Shown piece after piece: positions 38,131-48,464 of a stretch of DNA of 59,231 nt (position 1 is the stretch's first letter; each line of letters starts with the position of its first letter). Source of the DNA: a virus (taxonomy: Duplodnaviria > Caudoviricetes); the IMG/VR virus record IMGVR_UViG_3300032212_000006, positions 1 through 59,231 of that record; one strand, 5' to 3'. The position numbers and the translations under genes were made by a program. The notes under the pieces are model-generated. The model saw nothing but the letters and a program-made list of their open reading frames with translations. It did no database searches and was not told where the DNA came from.

Positions 38131-38517
38131 TTATTCCTTTACCTGTTCCTCAATGTCCTCATCTCGATAATTTTCAAGATTAGTAGCAAACTCTTGTACA
38201 TACTCACGTAAATCTGAGCTAGCCATCAAAGCTTTATGTGATGCTTCAGGCGAATATTCAACCTCATTATCACCTTCACCTACATTTTTCCAGTCAACGA
38301 GAACTGTTTTACCTAGCGCCTGACACATTATGTCTAGCTGTATTTTTGGATCAAGCGTACCGCGCTCAATCTTTTTACGAAACGGCTGCTGCAACTTAGC
38401 AAATACACGCTGAAAAGCAATGTTATTGGTATGTGCTATTTTAAATTCACCGCCAGCAAAACTTGCCCAAACGCCGTCTTTTTCCTGCTCCGCAGAATTA
38501 TTACTTAAATCAAACAT
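38131..38517 (-). CDS. tail assembly chaperone (gpG-like)
   Basis: Between tail tube and tape measure; E.DGVW...LVDWKNV...YS; promoter TTTACT-N17-TATAAT 38588-38560. Confidence 0.8.
   Translation of the reverse strand: MFDLSNNSAEQEKDGVWASFAGGEFKIAHTNNIAFQRVFAKLQQPFRKKIERGTLDPKIQLDIMCQALGKTVLVDWKNVGEGDNEVEYSPEASHKALMASSDLREYVQEFATNLENYRDEDIEEQVKE
38137..38143 (-). other. probable -1 ribosomal frameshift site G GTA AAG
   Basis: Lies in the short overlap of the G and T frames, just before the G stop. Confidence 0.55.
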
Positions 38518-38606
38518 ATAGAACCTCTATAATAGTTAATGGTTTACCTGAACAATATAATTATACTGTTTATATTATTCAGAGTAAACCTGGATGTTAC
38601 AATTAT

Positions 38607-39767
38607 TTATGCAGCAAATTTATCAATCTGGACCATGCAGTTGGTAGTAGGATCGATTATGGCTCTCCATGTGCCGTCTACCATGATGTCCTGATCTAAG
38701 CCGCCTGATACTACAGTACCAGATTCAAACTTAACTCTTGGAAGAGTTACTATGTACGCGTTACCTGCAGCATCACCTACTCTAAACGATAGGCTAAAAG
38801 GGGTAGCGTTAATATACTTCTCATATAGTGTCTTATTAGCAAAATATGCTGATATGTCACCCGTTAACTCTAACCGACTAAGTGCTATACCTATGTGCGG
38901 TAATGAGCCAATAGCGTCTTGTGCGCGTAAGTTATTTGACAGATTAAGAGTCAAAGAACTAAAGTTGGTAGCTGATGCAGATCCATCTTCACGAATATCT
39001 ACAAGGTTACTGACTGAGTTCATTACATCAGTAGTTGACGCTGGAGTAACTGTTGCACCAGAGAATTGTGTCTCTGTTACTGTAGCACCTAAAGCCATCA
39101 TGTTAAACGATGATGTAAGTATTTGACCTGTAGCAAAATTCATTGACATAGATCCAACTCGTGCGCCATTAAAGTTAATCATGGTTGCTGGAGATGCGTC
39201 AGCCAAATATTTCTGAACTGTGAATGATGACTCAACCACACCATTACGCATCATCTGGCCTACCATTGTGATGGTATTTCCTGCTGTTTCTGCTGCTATG
39301 GTACCTTCAACAGTTATAGCATTAGTAGCGACAGTCAATAACTTATGATAAGTATTAAGAGTCGTATCAGTAAATCCACCTACTCTGATCCATCGGCCTA
39401 CAACTAAACCTTCAGCTACAAAGTCTGTAGTACTTGACGTAAAGGTATCAGTAGCTACGGCCGCAATATCTGTACCTGATACTGCAAGATTAGTATTGAA
39501 GGTAGAGGCAAACGCACCTTCAATTAAGTCGTCAAATGATCCATAACTCATTTCTGCGTTAAGATCTCCTGACGCATCCGACGATACCTGAACTAAGTCA
39601 GACGTCATTCTGTCAGATCGTACCTCATCACTAGTGATGTTAGATAAGTTATAGTTTAAACTTTCGCCTGTATACCGTAGATCTTGCAATGTCGGTGAAG
39701 CAGGCGTAGTACCAAAGGTTACTTCTTTGACTATTCTGATAGCCGCTTGATTTGATGATGCTGACAT
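38607..39767 (-). CDS. major tail tube protein
   Basis: EVTFGTTP, LRYTGESL, SDEVRSDR; position. Confidence 0.85.
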   Translation of the reverse strand: MSASSNQAAIRIVKEVTFGTTPASPTLQDLRYTGESLNYNLSNITSDEVRSDRMTSDLVQVSSDASGDLNAEMSYGSFDDLIEGAFASTFNTNLAVSGTDIAAVATDTFTSSTTDFVAEGLVVGRWIRVGGFTDTTLNTYHKLLTVATNAITVEGTIAAETAGNTITMVGQMMRNGVVESSFTVQKYLADASPATMINFNGARVGSMSMNFATGQILTSSFNMMALGATVTETQFSGATVTPASTTDVMNSVSNLVDIREDGSASATNFSSLTLNLSNNLRAQDAIGSLPHIGIALSRLELTGDISAYFANKTLYEKYINATPFSLSFRVGDAAGNAYIVTLPRVKFESGTVVSGGLDQDIMVDGTWRAIIDPTTNCMVQIDKFAA

Positions 39768-39776
39768 GGTTATCTC

Positions 39777-40184
39777 CTAATAAGTCTCATCTCTATAAAA
39801 ATTGCAAACTACGTTTTTCTGAAACCACCCATCGACTATTCCTATATGACTTACGTCAGGAACCTCGAATGTAGTATTAGAAATGTCGATATCTTTAAAG
39901 AAATCAACCACGCTATCTAGCAACTCCAAAGACCGTCTTGCACCGCCGTCAGGTACTGTAAATATATTAAACAGCACAATACCATTGTGTCTATTTAGGT
40001 TTGTAGCGCTACCCATACTAGCTTGGTTAGCGTTACCTTCAATAATTGATAATCGTATCCACTCGTCTAACCCTTCAGTTCCACCTTCTATAGGCGCGTT
40101 CATGAAACTAATTTGAGTAGGGTTAATACCCCAATATTCTATAAACGCGTCTGTAATATCTATTGAGTGTTGTAAATAACTCAT
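39777..40184 (-). CDS. tail terminator
   Basis: WIRLSI...G...IF.....G...GWFQ.NV; position. Confidence 0.7.
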   Translation of the reverse strand: MSYLQHSIDITDAFIEYWGINPTQISFMNAPIEGGTEGLDEWIRLSIIEGNANQASMGSATNLNRHNGIVLFNIFTVPDGGARRSLELLDSVVDFFKDIDISNTTFEVPDVSHIGIVDGWFQKNVVCNFYRDETY

Positions 40185-40540
40185 GATAAACTCGCTATTG
40201 TAGTGGCAACCATTGCTGAAGGTTCAGTAGTAGGAGATCCATTTTCTAAGTACTCTACATGAGGTTTTCCATTTACAATATGTATTTCTGGATAATCACC
40301 TACTAATTGCAAATTAGGCACCTCAGGTGAAGGAATAGGAGATCCAGCTTCTCCGCCTACATCTACAGTCGTTATATCTGGTACATCTTCTGACATATTC
40401 CAAGACGCTCTAGTTTGACCTGTCATAGCAGGTGTTCTATCTACTATTCCTTTATAGGCAAACTCAGAAATCCTTTTAGCTTCATCTTTTACATCATTTA
40501 TGACGATACCTAAAAAATCATCTTCAGATAAAATACTCAT
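40181..40540 (-). CDS. neck / tail-completion protein (HK97 gp10-like)
   Basis: RTPAMTGQTRASW...N..P...LENG. Confidence 0.75.
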   Translation of the reverse strand: MSILSEDDFLGIVINDVKDEAKRISEFAYKGIVDRTPAMTGQTRASWNMSEDVPDITTVDVGGEAGSPIPSPEVPNLQLVGDYPEIHIVNGKPHVEYLENGSPTTEPSAMVATTIASLS

Positions 40541-40896
40541 TTCTCTAACCTCAACTGGTAGACAAACGTAGTGTTATTTTGAGCTATAGGTTCTACTGAA
40601 TGAATTGTGTATAAGTTACCGTTTGCTCTACGAACTTTAAAATGAGCTAAGATATTATTTTCACTAGACAAAGCGATAAAATCAATAGTATTGTATGTAT
40701 CGCCAAGTCGTCTGGCCCGCTCAGTAGCTTCATCATCCGCCAAAACTTTAGCCGTAAAATTTTGACCACTTTTAATTGTCGCCAATGATGATGGGTCATA
40801 GCTATTAGTAGTATCCTCAAGAGTAATTGTTTCTACTAAATCACCTGCGGCATTAAATGCTTTTTCTACGCTAGACGCAATTTTAGCTGATAACAT
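40537..40896 (-). CDS. head-closure protein
   Basis: Position; YDP, beta-rich C-terminus. Confidence 0.6.
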   Translation of the reverse strand: MLSAKIASSVEKAFNAAGDLVETITLEDTTNSYDPSSLATIKSGQNFTAKVLADDEATERARRLGDTYNTIDFIALSSENNILAHFKVRRANGNLYTIHSVEPIAQNNTTFVYQLRLEK

Positions 40897-41396
40897 TATA
40901 CTCTCTCAAGTTTAGGTGTAGATATTCCTTGCTTATTCAATGATTTAGGCGTACCTAAATCAGATAATATTCTAGATATATGGTCGGGTATTAAAAACCC
41001 ATTATTTTCATCAAATTCTATTGATATAGGTCCAACCTTAATCTTTTCAAATTCAGCATTATCATAACTAATACTATTGCTAATTAAGTAATATGCCAAT
41101 TCATACATGGCAACCTTAACTAAATTAGGAATAATACTATCGTCCATATCTTCGCCAGTCGAATAATCTAATACTCCTGTAGCTGGCCAGTGTAACGCTT
41201 GTTCAGTATCAGTCTTAAGACCTTCCCAAGACATATACCCATCTAAATAACCTGTAGCTGTTACCAGTAAAGCATCTTTATTGGTTTGTGCTGACCAAGT
41301 TGTATTTGTTAGGCGATCGGCAAAATACGCATCAGCAGCAGTACTATCTTCGTATGCATTTGAATTAGCTCCACCTACTGTTGCGTCTAATGCCAT
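40896..41396 (-). CDS. head-tail adaptor
   Basis: ANSNAY...ADAYF...L..AT..LD...W.G...QALHWP...IP..VK.A.YELA. Confidence 0.75.
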   Translation of the reverse strand: MALDATVGGANSNAYEDSTAADAYFADRLTNTTWSAQTNKDALLVTATGYLDGYMSWEGLKTDTEQALHWPATGVLDYSTGEDMDDSIIPNLVKVAMYELAYYLISNSISYDNAEFEKIKVGPISIEFDENNGFLIPDHISRILSDLGTPKSLNKQGISTPKLERV

Positions 41397-41401
41397 ATCA
41401 T

Positions 41402-41656
41402 TTAACCTTTACTTGCTTTAGTATCTTCAGCATGCTTTTTAACAGCTTGCTCAGCAGCAAGTTGTGCTTTGCTTACATCACGAACTAACACCGCTGCGTA
41501 ATACTTTTTAAGCGGAGCTTCCAATTTGTCAGCGTCTTTAGTTAGTACTTGCATGACGCCATCTTCAAATGAATACTGTTTACCTAGTACTACTGTACTA
41601 CCTGCACGTGCGCCGGTTAATACAAATGCAGCCATAGGTGCTTTAGCTTTAGCCAT
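41402..41656 (-). CDS. small head-associated hypothetical protein
   Basis: GGAG SD; follows capsid gene. Confidence 0.6.
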   Translation of the reverse strand: MAKAKAPMAAFVLTGARAGSTVVLGKQYSFEDGVMQVLTKDADKLEAPLKKYYAAVLVRDVSKAQLAAEQAVKKHAEDTKASKG

Positions 41657-41682
41657 TTCATAATCTCCCAGATTATAACGTT

Positions 41683-41706
41683 GTAGCTACACAGTTGTGT
41701 AGCTAC
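41683..41706 (-). terminator. hairpin after major capsid gene
   Basis: GTAGCTACAC-AGTT-GTGTAGCTAC perfect 10-bp stem; weak U-tract. Confidence 0.55.
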
Positions 41707-41718
41707 GCAGTTGATTGA

Positions 41719-42651
41719 TTAGTTAGAAACACCAGTTAAGATCGCAAGACCTTTCTCACTGAAGTTTGCTAAACCGTTGTAGAACTTAAGACGAGTAATA
41801 TTCTCATCCTTAGTTTCAGATTCACCGATATTCGTTACACGAAGACCAGCTTCACCCATTGCAGTAAGACCAGAAATACCCATTGTACGAGAACCATCAT
41901 CGATAGTTCCGGCAACAATACTAGTACCTGTAGTCAATGTACCTGTTGTTTGATCAACTGGCATATTGTCATTACGGAAAATAGGAGTACCACGGTAACC
42001 GGGAACTTGCGCTCCACTTGGAAGTGTAACAACATCTCCAATACCTGCACCGCCTAAAGCACGCAATAATGAGAAGTACGAGCGAATTGTACGAGCATTC
42101 ATTTGAATGTAGTCAACTTCACCGTTCTTATCAGTGACCAGGTCAAGTAACTCATCCATTTTTTCGAATGTTAGAGCACCGCCGTTAGTTTCAACGCCAG
42201 AAGTATCTTGAACGATTGATTGACCTGCTGCAGCCAGTGAAAGCAGACCTGTAATAGTATTACCAGTACCGTCACCTGTAAGCAACTGAGTACGATAAGT
42301 ATTACCGATATTTTTGGCTTTAGAAGCGATTTGAGTCGCTTTCTGATCAGTGATGTTAGAACGAGTAGCTTGAATCAAGCCATTCACTTCAGCGTCACCG
42401 ATGATAGTTGTTAGCGAAGTTGTAACGTTAGTGAACGTTGCAGGCGCTTTAGCAGTAATAGTACCACCAACACCTAAGTTCTGAACATCACCTAGAGCGT
42501 TTTCGCGATTGTAAGAAAGGGCATTGCCTTCGATTTCCATGAATGGCATAATCTCATAGAAGCGATCGACAACGATGATATTCTCAATAACACCTTGAAT
42601 AAGCATGTTTTGAGATAGTTTGGCAGATTCTACCAGCGTTACTGATGACAT
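41719..42651 (-). CDS. major capsid protein
   Basis: 310 aa after scaffold; PF..IEGNALSYNRE, LDLV, YRGTPIFRND, R.KFY.GLA; own promoter 42740-42712. Confidence 0.88.
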   Translation of the reverse strand: MSSVTLVESAKLSQNMLIQGVIENIIVVDRFYEIMPFMEIEGNALSYNRENALGDVQNLGVGGTITAKAPATFTNVTTSLTTIIGDAEVNGLIQATRSNITDQKATQIASKAKNIGNTYRTQLLTGDGTGNTITGLLSLAAAGQSIVQDTSGVETNGGALTFEKMDELLDLVTDKNGEVDYIQMNARTIRSYFSLLRALGGAGIGDVVTLPSGAQVPGYRGTPIFRNDNMPVDQTTGTLTTGTSIVAGTIDDGSRTMGISGLTAMGEAGLRVTNIGESETKDENITRLKFYNGLANFSEKGLAILTGVSN

Positions 42652-42760
42652 AATATTGTCTCCGGTTTTAGTCTAAAATACGACCTCCACCGGAGGCATC
42701 TTCATAGTTTAAATATACTACACTTTTAATTAGTTGTACATAGCGATGTACAACAATTAA

Positions 42761-43465
42761 TTACATTTGCTCCAAACCAGCGTTAATCTTTTGAGTAGCG
42801 CTCATGTTTGAAGTATCTTGCTTACCCTGATGGCCATCACCACCGCCTGCGCCACCACCTTTTGAACCTTCAAATAAGTGAGGGGCATTTTTGGACAGTT
42901 TACCTACCCATTCGTCCATAGGCATAGGATCAGTACCATTCTTACCGTAGATGACGTTACCTTTATCATCTTTAGGAGTGGCTACACCGTCAACTAGTGA
43001 ATAAACAGATTTTGCACGCAATAAAACGTCTTCAACCGCTGATGCAAGTACTTTACCTTCAGTCGCAGCAGAACGTACTTTACTATCAATAAGCAAAGAC
43101 TCTAACTGACGAGACTGTTTAGCATTAATACCAGTCAAATCATCAATAGCTTTATTGTGATCTTCTTGCATAGTAGCAACGCGCTCAGCTACCAAATTGT
43201 CAACGTCTTCGGCTTTAATTTCTTTCTTACCTGAACGTTCTTTTTCAGCTGCCTGTAGTCGAGCAAGTTCTTCTAAATCAACTTCACCGAACTTATCCAG
43301 CTGTTGCTTTAACGCGATATTATTATCACGAAATTCATCAACTTTTGACTTTGCTACAGCGCCATCAACTTCCAAATAAAACTTGCCGTCTGAATGTTTA
43401 GAGTATAGCGCTGCTACACCTTCATCCAGACCCTCTAGATTGTCTAACATAAATTTCAACGACAT
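42761..43465 (-). CDS. capsid scaffolding protein
   Basis: Coiled coil; APHLF...GGGAGGG; KINAGL C-terminus. Confidence 0.8.
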   Translation of the reverse strand: MSLKFMLDNLEGLDEGVAALYSKHSDGKFYLEVDGAVAKSKVDEFRDNNIALKQQLDKFGEVDLEELARLQAAEKERSGKKEIKAEDVDNLVAERVATMQEDHNKAIDDLTGINAKQSRQLESLLIDSKVRSAATEGKVLASAVEDVLLRAKSVYSLVDGVATPKDDKGNVIYGKNGTDPMPMDEWVGKLSKNAPHLFEGSKGGGAGGGDGHQGKQDTSNMSATQKINAGLEQM

Positions 43466-43538
43466 TTTAGTTATTCCTATATAAATATTTCAACAGTAAC
43501 TTACTGTTTAGTTAACGTGGAGAATAGCAGGTTTACTG

Positions 43539-44891
43539 TTATTCAGCATTTTCATCAGTGTTATCATCACCTGATGAATTTTTATCCTTTTCGTCATTAG
43601 AGACGTCCAGAGATTCTTGGTCGACTGGAAGAGCTTCTCCACGACGTAATAAGTACATATACATCGGTAAATCGATCCCTCCGTCTAAATATGTTTGCGC
43701 TAGATCCTTTAATTCAGACGCAGATAGTCTGCTTTCTAAGAAATTCTTATCTAACGTTATTTTAATAGGATCAAGATTATCAAATTCAGCTAACCAGCCA
43801 AATACTATGTTTATTGACGATTCTATAGTAGTAGCCAAACTAATTAACGTAGCTGCATCAGACGCATGTCTAATCTTAACAGTATCACTGGCCTCAGACC
43901 CTCTAGTCGACGTATCCATGAGGCGAGAACTGAATTGGGCCATTTGAGCAGTCTTTTCTTTTATAGCATTTTCAAGAGAAGCTAAACCAGCTCCTTGAAA
44001 TTCTAAATAGTATGCTTTAGCTTTATCATTTGGTATAACCCAAGCAGTCAATGATCCTACTTTAAGTTTCTGATCCGTATCAGCGCCTGTAACTACTGGG
44101 GTTGGCAATGCAGTGAAATGACGGCCGTGCTCAAGATCAGCACTAGTAATATACTGAGATAAATTAACATCGACTATGTCCAATATTGGTGGTTTAACAG
44201 GTTCTATATCAATACCTTCTGGAGTGGTTGATATAAAAGGTATAAACTTTAATCTGGAACCTCTAGCAACAGGTTGTACAGTATCGCCTACTTTATTATC
44301 ATCTTCGTCGTATATATCCACAGCATAATAACCGTCTGCATCAATATATAAATGTCTATATCGATCTTCTTCAGTCATTATAAATTGGTCAAGTTCGTCA
44401 GGAACTGTCTTAGTTTCTTTTAGCACAACGCTTAATAGCCAAAGTCCGTCGTCTGACATTCTCCAACTAAGAATTGATTCAGTAGTATACGTACTAACAT
44501 AAGCACGACCGCCATGCGGTGAAACATCGACTAATAAACCTAATCGACCTGCTGTTAAGTTTTCAGTTGCCATACTACTAATTAGCTCTTGCACACTAGT
44601 AGATGTCATAGACATATCTTTTATATACGCTTCACTATCTTCACCATTTTCAACCATCGGCTCACGAGCTGTTACAGTACCAACAAGTGCAGCTAGGGAT
44701 CGGGCAGCGACGCTGAAAAATAAGGCTCTGGTTCTGTAAGCATTATAATCTGCATTACTCATCGCTGATAGTTTCGGTAAATACTTAGTGCCTTTATGTT
44801 TGACAGCATCAGATCCTTCGACTGTATCACGACAACGTTCAACTTGATCTTTTCGATTATTATACGACTTATTTGGCGTGCTTACTGGCAT
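43539..44891 (-). CDS. portal protein (DUF4055-like)
   Basis: YLP...Y..Y..RA.F, GR.GLLVD, IPF, KPPILDI..VNL..Y..SAD. Confidence 0.88.
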   Translation of the reverse strand: MPVSTPNKSYNNRKDQVERCRDTVEGSDAVKHKGTKYLPKLSAMSNADYNAYRTRALFFSVAARSLAALVGTVTAREPMVENGEDSEAYIKDMSMTSTSVQELISSMATENLTAGRLGLLVDVSPHGGRAYVSTYTTESILSWRMSDDGLWLLSVVLKETKTVPDELDQFIMTEEDRYRHLYIDADGYYAVDIYDEDDNKVGDTVQPVARGSRLKFIPFISTTPEGIDIEPVKPPILDIVDVNLSQYITSADLEHGRHFTALPTPVVTGADTDQKLKVGSLTAWVIPNDKAKAYYLEFQGAGLASLENAIKEKTAQMAQFSSRLMDTSTRGSEASDTVKIRHASDAATLISLATTIESSINIVFGWLAEFDNLDPIKITLDKNFLESRLSASELKDLAQTYLDGGIDLPMYMYLLRRGEALPVDQESLDVSNDEKDKNSSGDDNTDENAE

Positions 44892-44893
44892 AA

Positions 44894-46306
44894 TTAAGTT
44901 CCTGTAACTTCAACGACACGAATTTCATTCGATGCATCTAACACCAAATAGCGTAATGTATCCCAATCATGATCAGGTTGAGCAGTAGATTCTATATCTT
45001 CGCCCGTCCTATCATCTGTTTGTAACGTAGGAAGATGCTCAGCAAGTCGTTGACAGCGTCTGAGGATGAAAAGGCATGGCTTTTCTGGATGCTCTTTGAG
45101 TGACTCATTGAGCATCTTCCTAACTAGTGCGAGGCCTATAACTCTACTGCCTGGCTTCTTATTAGAGCGTTTCCAATGAACTCCTTCATTAGACATTGTA
45201 TCTGCTATCGACGGCCCTTGTTCTGCGTTAAAAATTGAGTTATCAGCAGGTCCAGTCGTTATAACATGGTTAATTTCTACGCTCTCTTTTCGATTAATCT
45301 TTTGTGCTGTTAAGCTGACGTCTTCTTGCAATCCATTTTCAGATCCATCATCTCCATACATCTCAAAACACACTACTATAGAGCCAGCAGGAATCCAGGC
45401 TGCGTCTCCATTATGATCAAGATACTCTTCACCGTTTGCAATTGCAACCCATAACACTGAATAAGGAGCAGAGTATCCATAGTCGTAGCCTCGTTTTATC
45501 TTCCAACTCTGTGGAATATCAAAATTCTCTAAAATATGATGATTTGGGTCCCACATTTCTAATGCGGCGCCTTCTACGGCGTCCCAATCACCTTCTAAAT
45601 ACGCTGCAACGATGTCTTTATCGCCTAAACCTTCAAGCCGTTGTACATAGTCAGGGTCATTATTTACCAATGATGGATTGTCCATCAGTTTCGACTGTAT
45701 AAACTGCCGTTGCATGCTGCCATCATCACGTCTTGCTTTAAATATAGTGCCGTAAGGCGCTGGATCCACAAATCCTTTCTTCAAGTATGTGTGGAGCGGT
45801 CCTCTTGGGTTACTCGCAAGACCAATAAATGGTATTTTCTGTTTCCATTCCTCCGGAACTTCTAAGCTACCTATTCTAACACGGGAGCGTATGAATCTGT
45901 ACATCTTTTCAGTGAAGGTACTTGCTTCATCAAAAAGTGCAACGTGTATTTCCTGAGATAAGTAATTATCTAAGTCAGATTCATACTGAATGTGGGATAA
46001 TATGATCTTAGAGCCGTTGTTCCATTGTATTTCACTCGAGCTATGATTGATCTTAACTATCTTATCCTCAACAAACTCCCGTAAAAGCATAGGGAATGAG
46101 TTATGACCATTTAAATGCGTACGAAGTAAGTCTTTGTATAAACGGCGAAAAAGGTAGATCTGAATACCTGGAATTCGCATGCACCAAATGATAGCTGTCG
46201 CTCTAAGAACGAAGCTTTTGCCACCGCCGGCAGCACCACCAAAGAATACCTCACGTGCTTCTGAATTCACAAACTCTAATTGCTTTGGATGAAGTACTAG
46301 GTCCAT
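44894..46306 (-). CDS. terL: terminase large subunit
   Basis: GGAAGGGKS, FDEA, ASNP, LEGDWD, DYGYSAP, DHDWD. Confidence 0.93.
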   Translation of the reverse strand: MDLVLHPKQLEFVNSEAREVFFGGAAGGGKSFVLRATAIIWCMRIPGIQIYLFRRLYKDLLRTHLNGHNSFPMLLREFVEDKIVKINHSSSEIQWNNGSKIILSHIQYESDLDNYLSQEIHVALFDEASTFTEKMYRFIRSRVRIGSLEVPEEWKQKIPFIGLASNPRGPLHTYLKKGFVDPAPYGTIFKARRDDGSMQRQFIQSKLMDNPSLVNNDPDYVQRLEGLGDKDIVAAYLEGDWDAVEGAALEMWDPNHHILENFDIPQSWKIKRGYDYGYSAPYSVLWVAIANGEEYLDHNGDAAWIPAGSIVVCFEMYGDDGSENGLQEDVSLTAQKINRKESVEINHVITTGPADNSIFNAEQGPSIADTMSNEGVHWKRSNKKPGSRVIGLALVRKMLNESLKEHPEKPCLFILRRCQRLAEHLPTLQTDDRTGEDIESTAQPDHDWDTLRYLVLDASNEIRVVEVTGT

Positions 46307-46653
46307 TAATCGACGGCCTCTGACTCAGCAGAGATAACAGGGAAAAATTCACCGTCAACTACATCTTGCGAACTACTCGAATCGTCTAGAGCCCCTGGCT
46401 CTTGAGACTTATCCGCAATCACTTCAGTAGAAGGAATAACTCGAAGCACGCCGTGATCGTGTTTTATACTTCCTTTAACTTCCATAGATTTGAGTTCGGG
46501 CTCTACGTACTTAGCAATAGATTTATGGCAATCCAGTTCTACGCGTTCGTCTTGAGTTGCATGCGCAAGTTTGGCCATAGCCATCACAGGGTGATAGTTA
46601 GGGTAACTTTTTTGCAACATAGACAGAAGTCGGTTATCTTTGGCTTTACTCAT
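46306..46653 (-). CDS. terminase small subunit (putative)
   Basis: Abuts terL; P...MA...IAKYVEPELKSMEV. Confidence 0.7.
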   Translation of the reverse strand: MSKAKDNRLLSMLQKSYPNYHPVMAMAKLAHATQDERVELDCHKSIAKYVEPELKSMEVKGSIKHDHGVLRVIPSTEVIADKSQEPGALDDSSSSQDVVDGEFFPVISAESEAVD

Positions 46654-46659
46654 GGAAAC

Positions 46660-46688
46660 ATTGTACTATATGTATTAGCCAAAGTACA
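46660..46688 (-). promoter_or_regulatory. promoter TGTACT-N17-TACAAT for the packaging operon
   Basis: -10 box lies 6 nt before the terS ATG; no SD. Confidence 0.65.
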
Positions 46689-46908
46689 TAGTGACGTTTA
46701 ACTATTTCTTTCGTTCAACGTGTTCGTAACGTGTTAATAAGTTGCTGTGGATTATATAAAAATTTTGGAGAGATAATGTGCGTCGGCACTAAATGTGAGA
46801 AGAAAGTTTCAAATTGACAAAATACCACGGCCGCAGGCCAGGTGAGCATATATAGATCAGGGCCCCCTAACATTCGAATATTAGGGAAGCCATATAATAA
46901 GATAATTA

Positions 46909-47094
46909 TTATATTCGTGACTTCAACTCCTTTATTAATTCTTGTCGAGCATCCTTACTTTCTAATACTAAGATTAGTGTTTCCATATCTACTAACATTG
47001 GCTCTTTATTAGTAACCTCTTCATTAGTAAGTTCGTATGTAAACGTGTTACCAATGATTGTTTTAAGTTCGCCGATTTGAATTTCATTCTGCAT
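46909..47094 (-). CDS. hypothetical protein
   Basis: AAGGAG SD. Confidence 0.6.
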   Translation of the reverse strand: MQNEIQIGELKTIIGNTFTYELTNEEVTNKEPMLVDMETLILVLESKDARQELIKELKSRI

Positions 47095-47109
47095 TACGAT
47101 CTCCTTATA

Positions 47110-47241
47110 TTAACGATTTAGAATTAATTGAATTCGTTCTTGCTGTTTTTCATTAGCCGCTTCAACAGCGTCATATAATACAGTGCCGATAAAGTAGTAC
47201 ATAGAAGCGGCGATTAATATAAGTGTAATTAGTTTTTTCAT
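47110..47241 (-). CDS. small membrane protein (43 aa, not in ORF track)
   Basis: GAGG SD; MKKLITLILIAA hydrophobic N-terminus. Confidence 0.5.
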   Translation of the reverse strand: MKKLITLILIAASMYYFIGTVLYDAVEAANEKQQERIQLILNR

Positions 47242-47327
47242 GATAACCTCTTTATTTAGTGTATGATATAATTATACCGTAAAATAAAGAGATATGTGAT
47301 TTATTTACAAGAACCAGACGAATGGTA

Positions 47328-47357
47328 TGTGCAGCCGTATTAGAATACGGCTGCACT
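47328..47357 (-). terminator. hairpin after lipoprotein gene
   Basis: GTGCAGCCGTATT / AATACGGCTGCAC 13-bp stem. Confidence 0.65.
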
Positions 47358-47362
47358 AATTG

Positions 47363-47836
47363 CTAGATATACATGCAGCCAGCAAATAAGCCGGAATCGT
47401 GCTCTACGTCACCATCTCCAGTAGCTTTAAGCAGTATATAATGAACCATCTCATGACGCATTAGAATACGAGTGTAATGCTTTGACCAGTACTCATCAAA
47501 TGTATATGGCGTCAGTAATAAGAACGACTGATACGGTGTTACTAATAAGCCGCCATTTGTATCAGTATAATTGGCTGCTCTATCCGAATGTACTACCGTT
47601 AGATCGTATGGATCGGCCGTCATACCTAAACAGCGCTCTACGCTAGCATAATCAGAATCAATCTCTTCGGCACTCAATACATCTGGTCCTTCATTTATAT
47701 ACGCTATACCACGATCAGTAACCAGATCAATTTCAGCGTCTGTAAATAAGGTTGGACCTGGCTCTGGAGCTGGAACCGGAATCTGGCAACCTGATAACCA
47801 AAGTAATAGTGTGGCGGTTATAAGTAATTTATTCAT
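47363..47836 (-). CDS. lipoprotein with HExxH zinc-peptidase motif
   Basis: Lipobox LWLSGC; LMRHEMVHY...H; own promoter 47890-47862 and AAGGAG SD. Confidence 0.75.
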   Translation of the reverse strand: MNKLLITATLLLWLSGCQIPVPAPEPGPTLFTDAEIDLVTDRGIAYINEGPDVLSAEEIDSDYASVERCLGMTADPYDLTVVHSDRAANYTDTNGGLLVTPYQSFLLLTPYTFDEYWSKHYTRILMRHEMVHYILLKATGDGDVEHDSGLFAGCMYI

Positions 47837-48150
47837 GTTATTCTCCTTTATTAATAGGTTAATTATACTGCTACCTATATATAAAGTACAACCTTAAATT
47901 CATGGTTCTGGACACACACGCCTCAGCCTCGAATCTGAGGCAATATTAGTTTATTATAATATACTCACATTCTAAATCAGACAAATATTAGCTTATTATA
48001 ATATACTCACATATTAATTTGGAGTCGATAAGAAAAACTTATAATCACTATACGAAACTTTGATTGTACGAAGTTAAAATAAACCTGTAGAATTAACCCA
48101 TCAAATAAATAATTATTTGATAAATTAAAACTAAATTAGGAGTTACAAAT

Positions 48151-48453
48151 ATGAGCACTTCAACTAAATCTAATAAAGCAATGACAACTTTAGAATTAAC
48201 TAACATGATTTTAGAGTTACAAAAAGAAGTAAAGGAACTGAAGGAACGCCCAATAAGAGATAGAGGTCCAAAGAGCACAAAGGACATGACAGAGGAAGAC
48301 GCTAAAATGATTATGATAGGCGACTTAAAGGATTCTTCTCATAAAGAATGTGCGACTAAATTAGGACTCTCTTATGGACAAGTTTATTCGGCTCGAAATG
48401 GATTTACTTTTAAGAAAGTCTATAAGGAAATGAAAGATTTAGAAAAAGCTTAA
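48151..48453 (+). CDS. helix-turn-helix DNA-binding protein
   Basis: AGGAG SD; coiled coil then SHKECATKLGLSYGQVYSARNG. Confidence 0.7.
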   Translation: MSTSTKSNKAMTTLELTNMILELQKEVKELKERPIRDRGPKSTKDMTEEDAKMIMIGDLKDSSHKECATKLGLSYGQVYSARNGFTFKKVYKEMKDLEKA

Positions 48454-48464
48454 ATAAGTAAATG

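Noticed and set aside
25508-46701. + strand ORFs inside the structural arm (e.g. 30531-31073, 38752-39126, 43558-43947)
   Set aside because: Antisense shadows of long - strand genes, with no SD or recognisable motifs.
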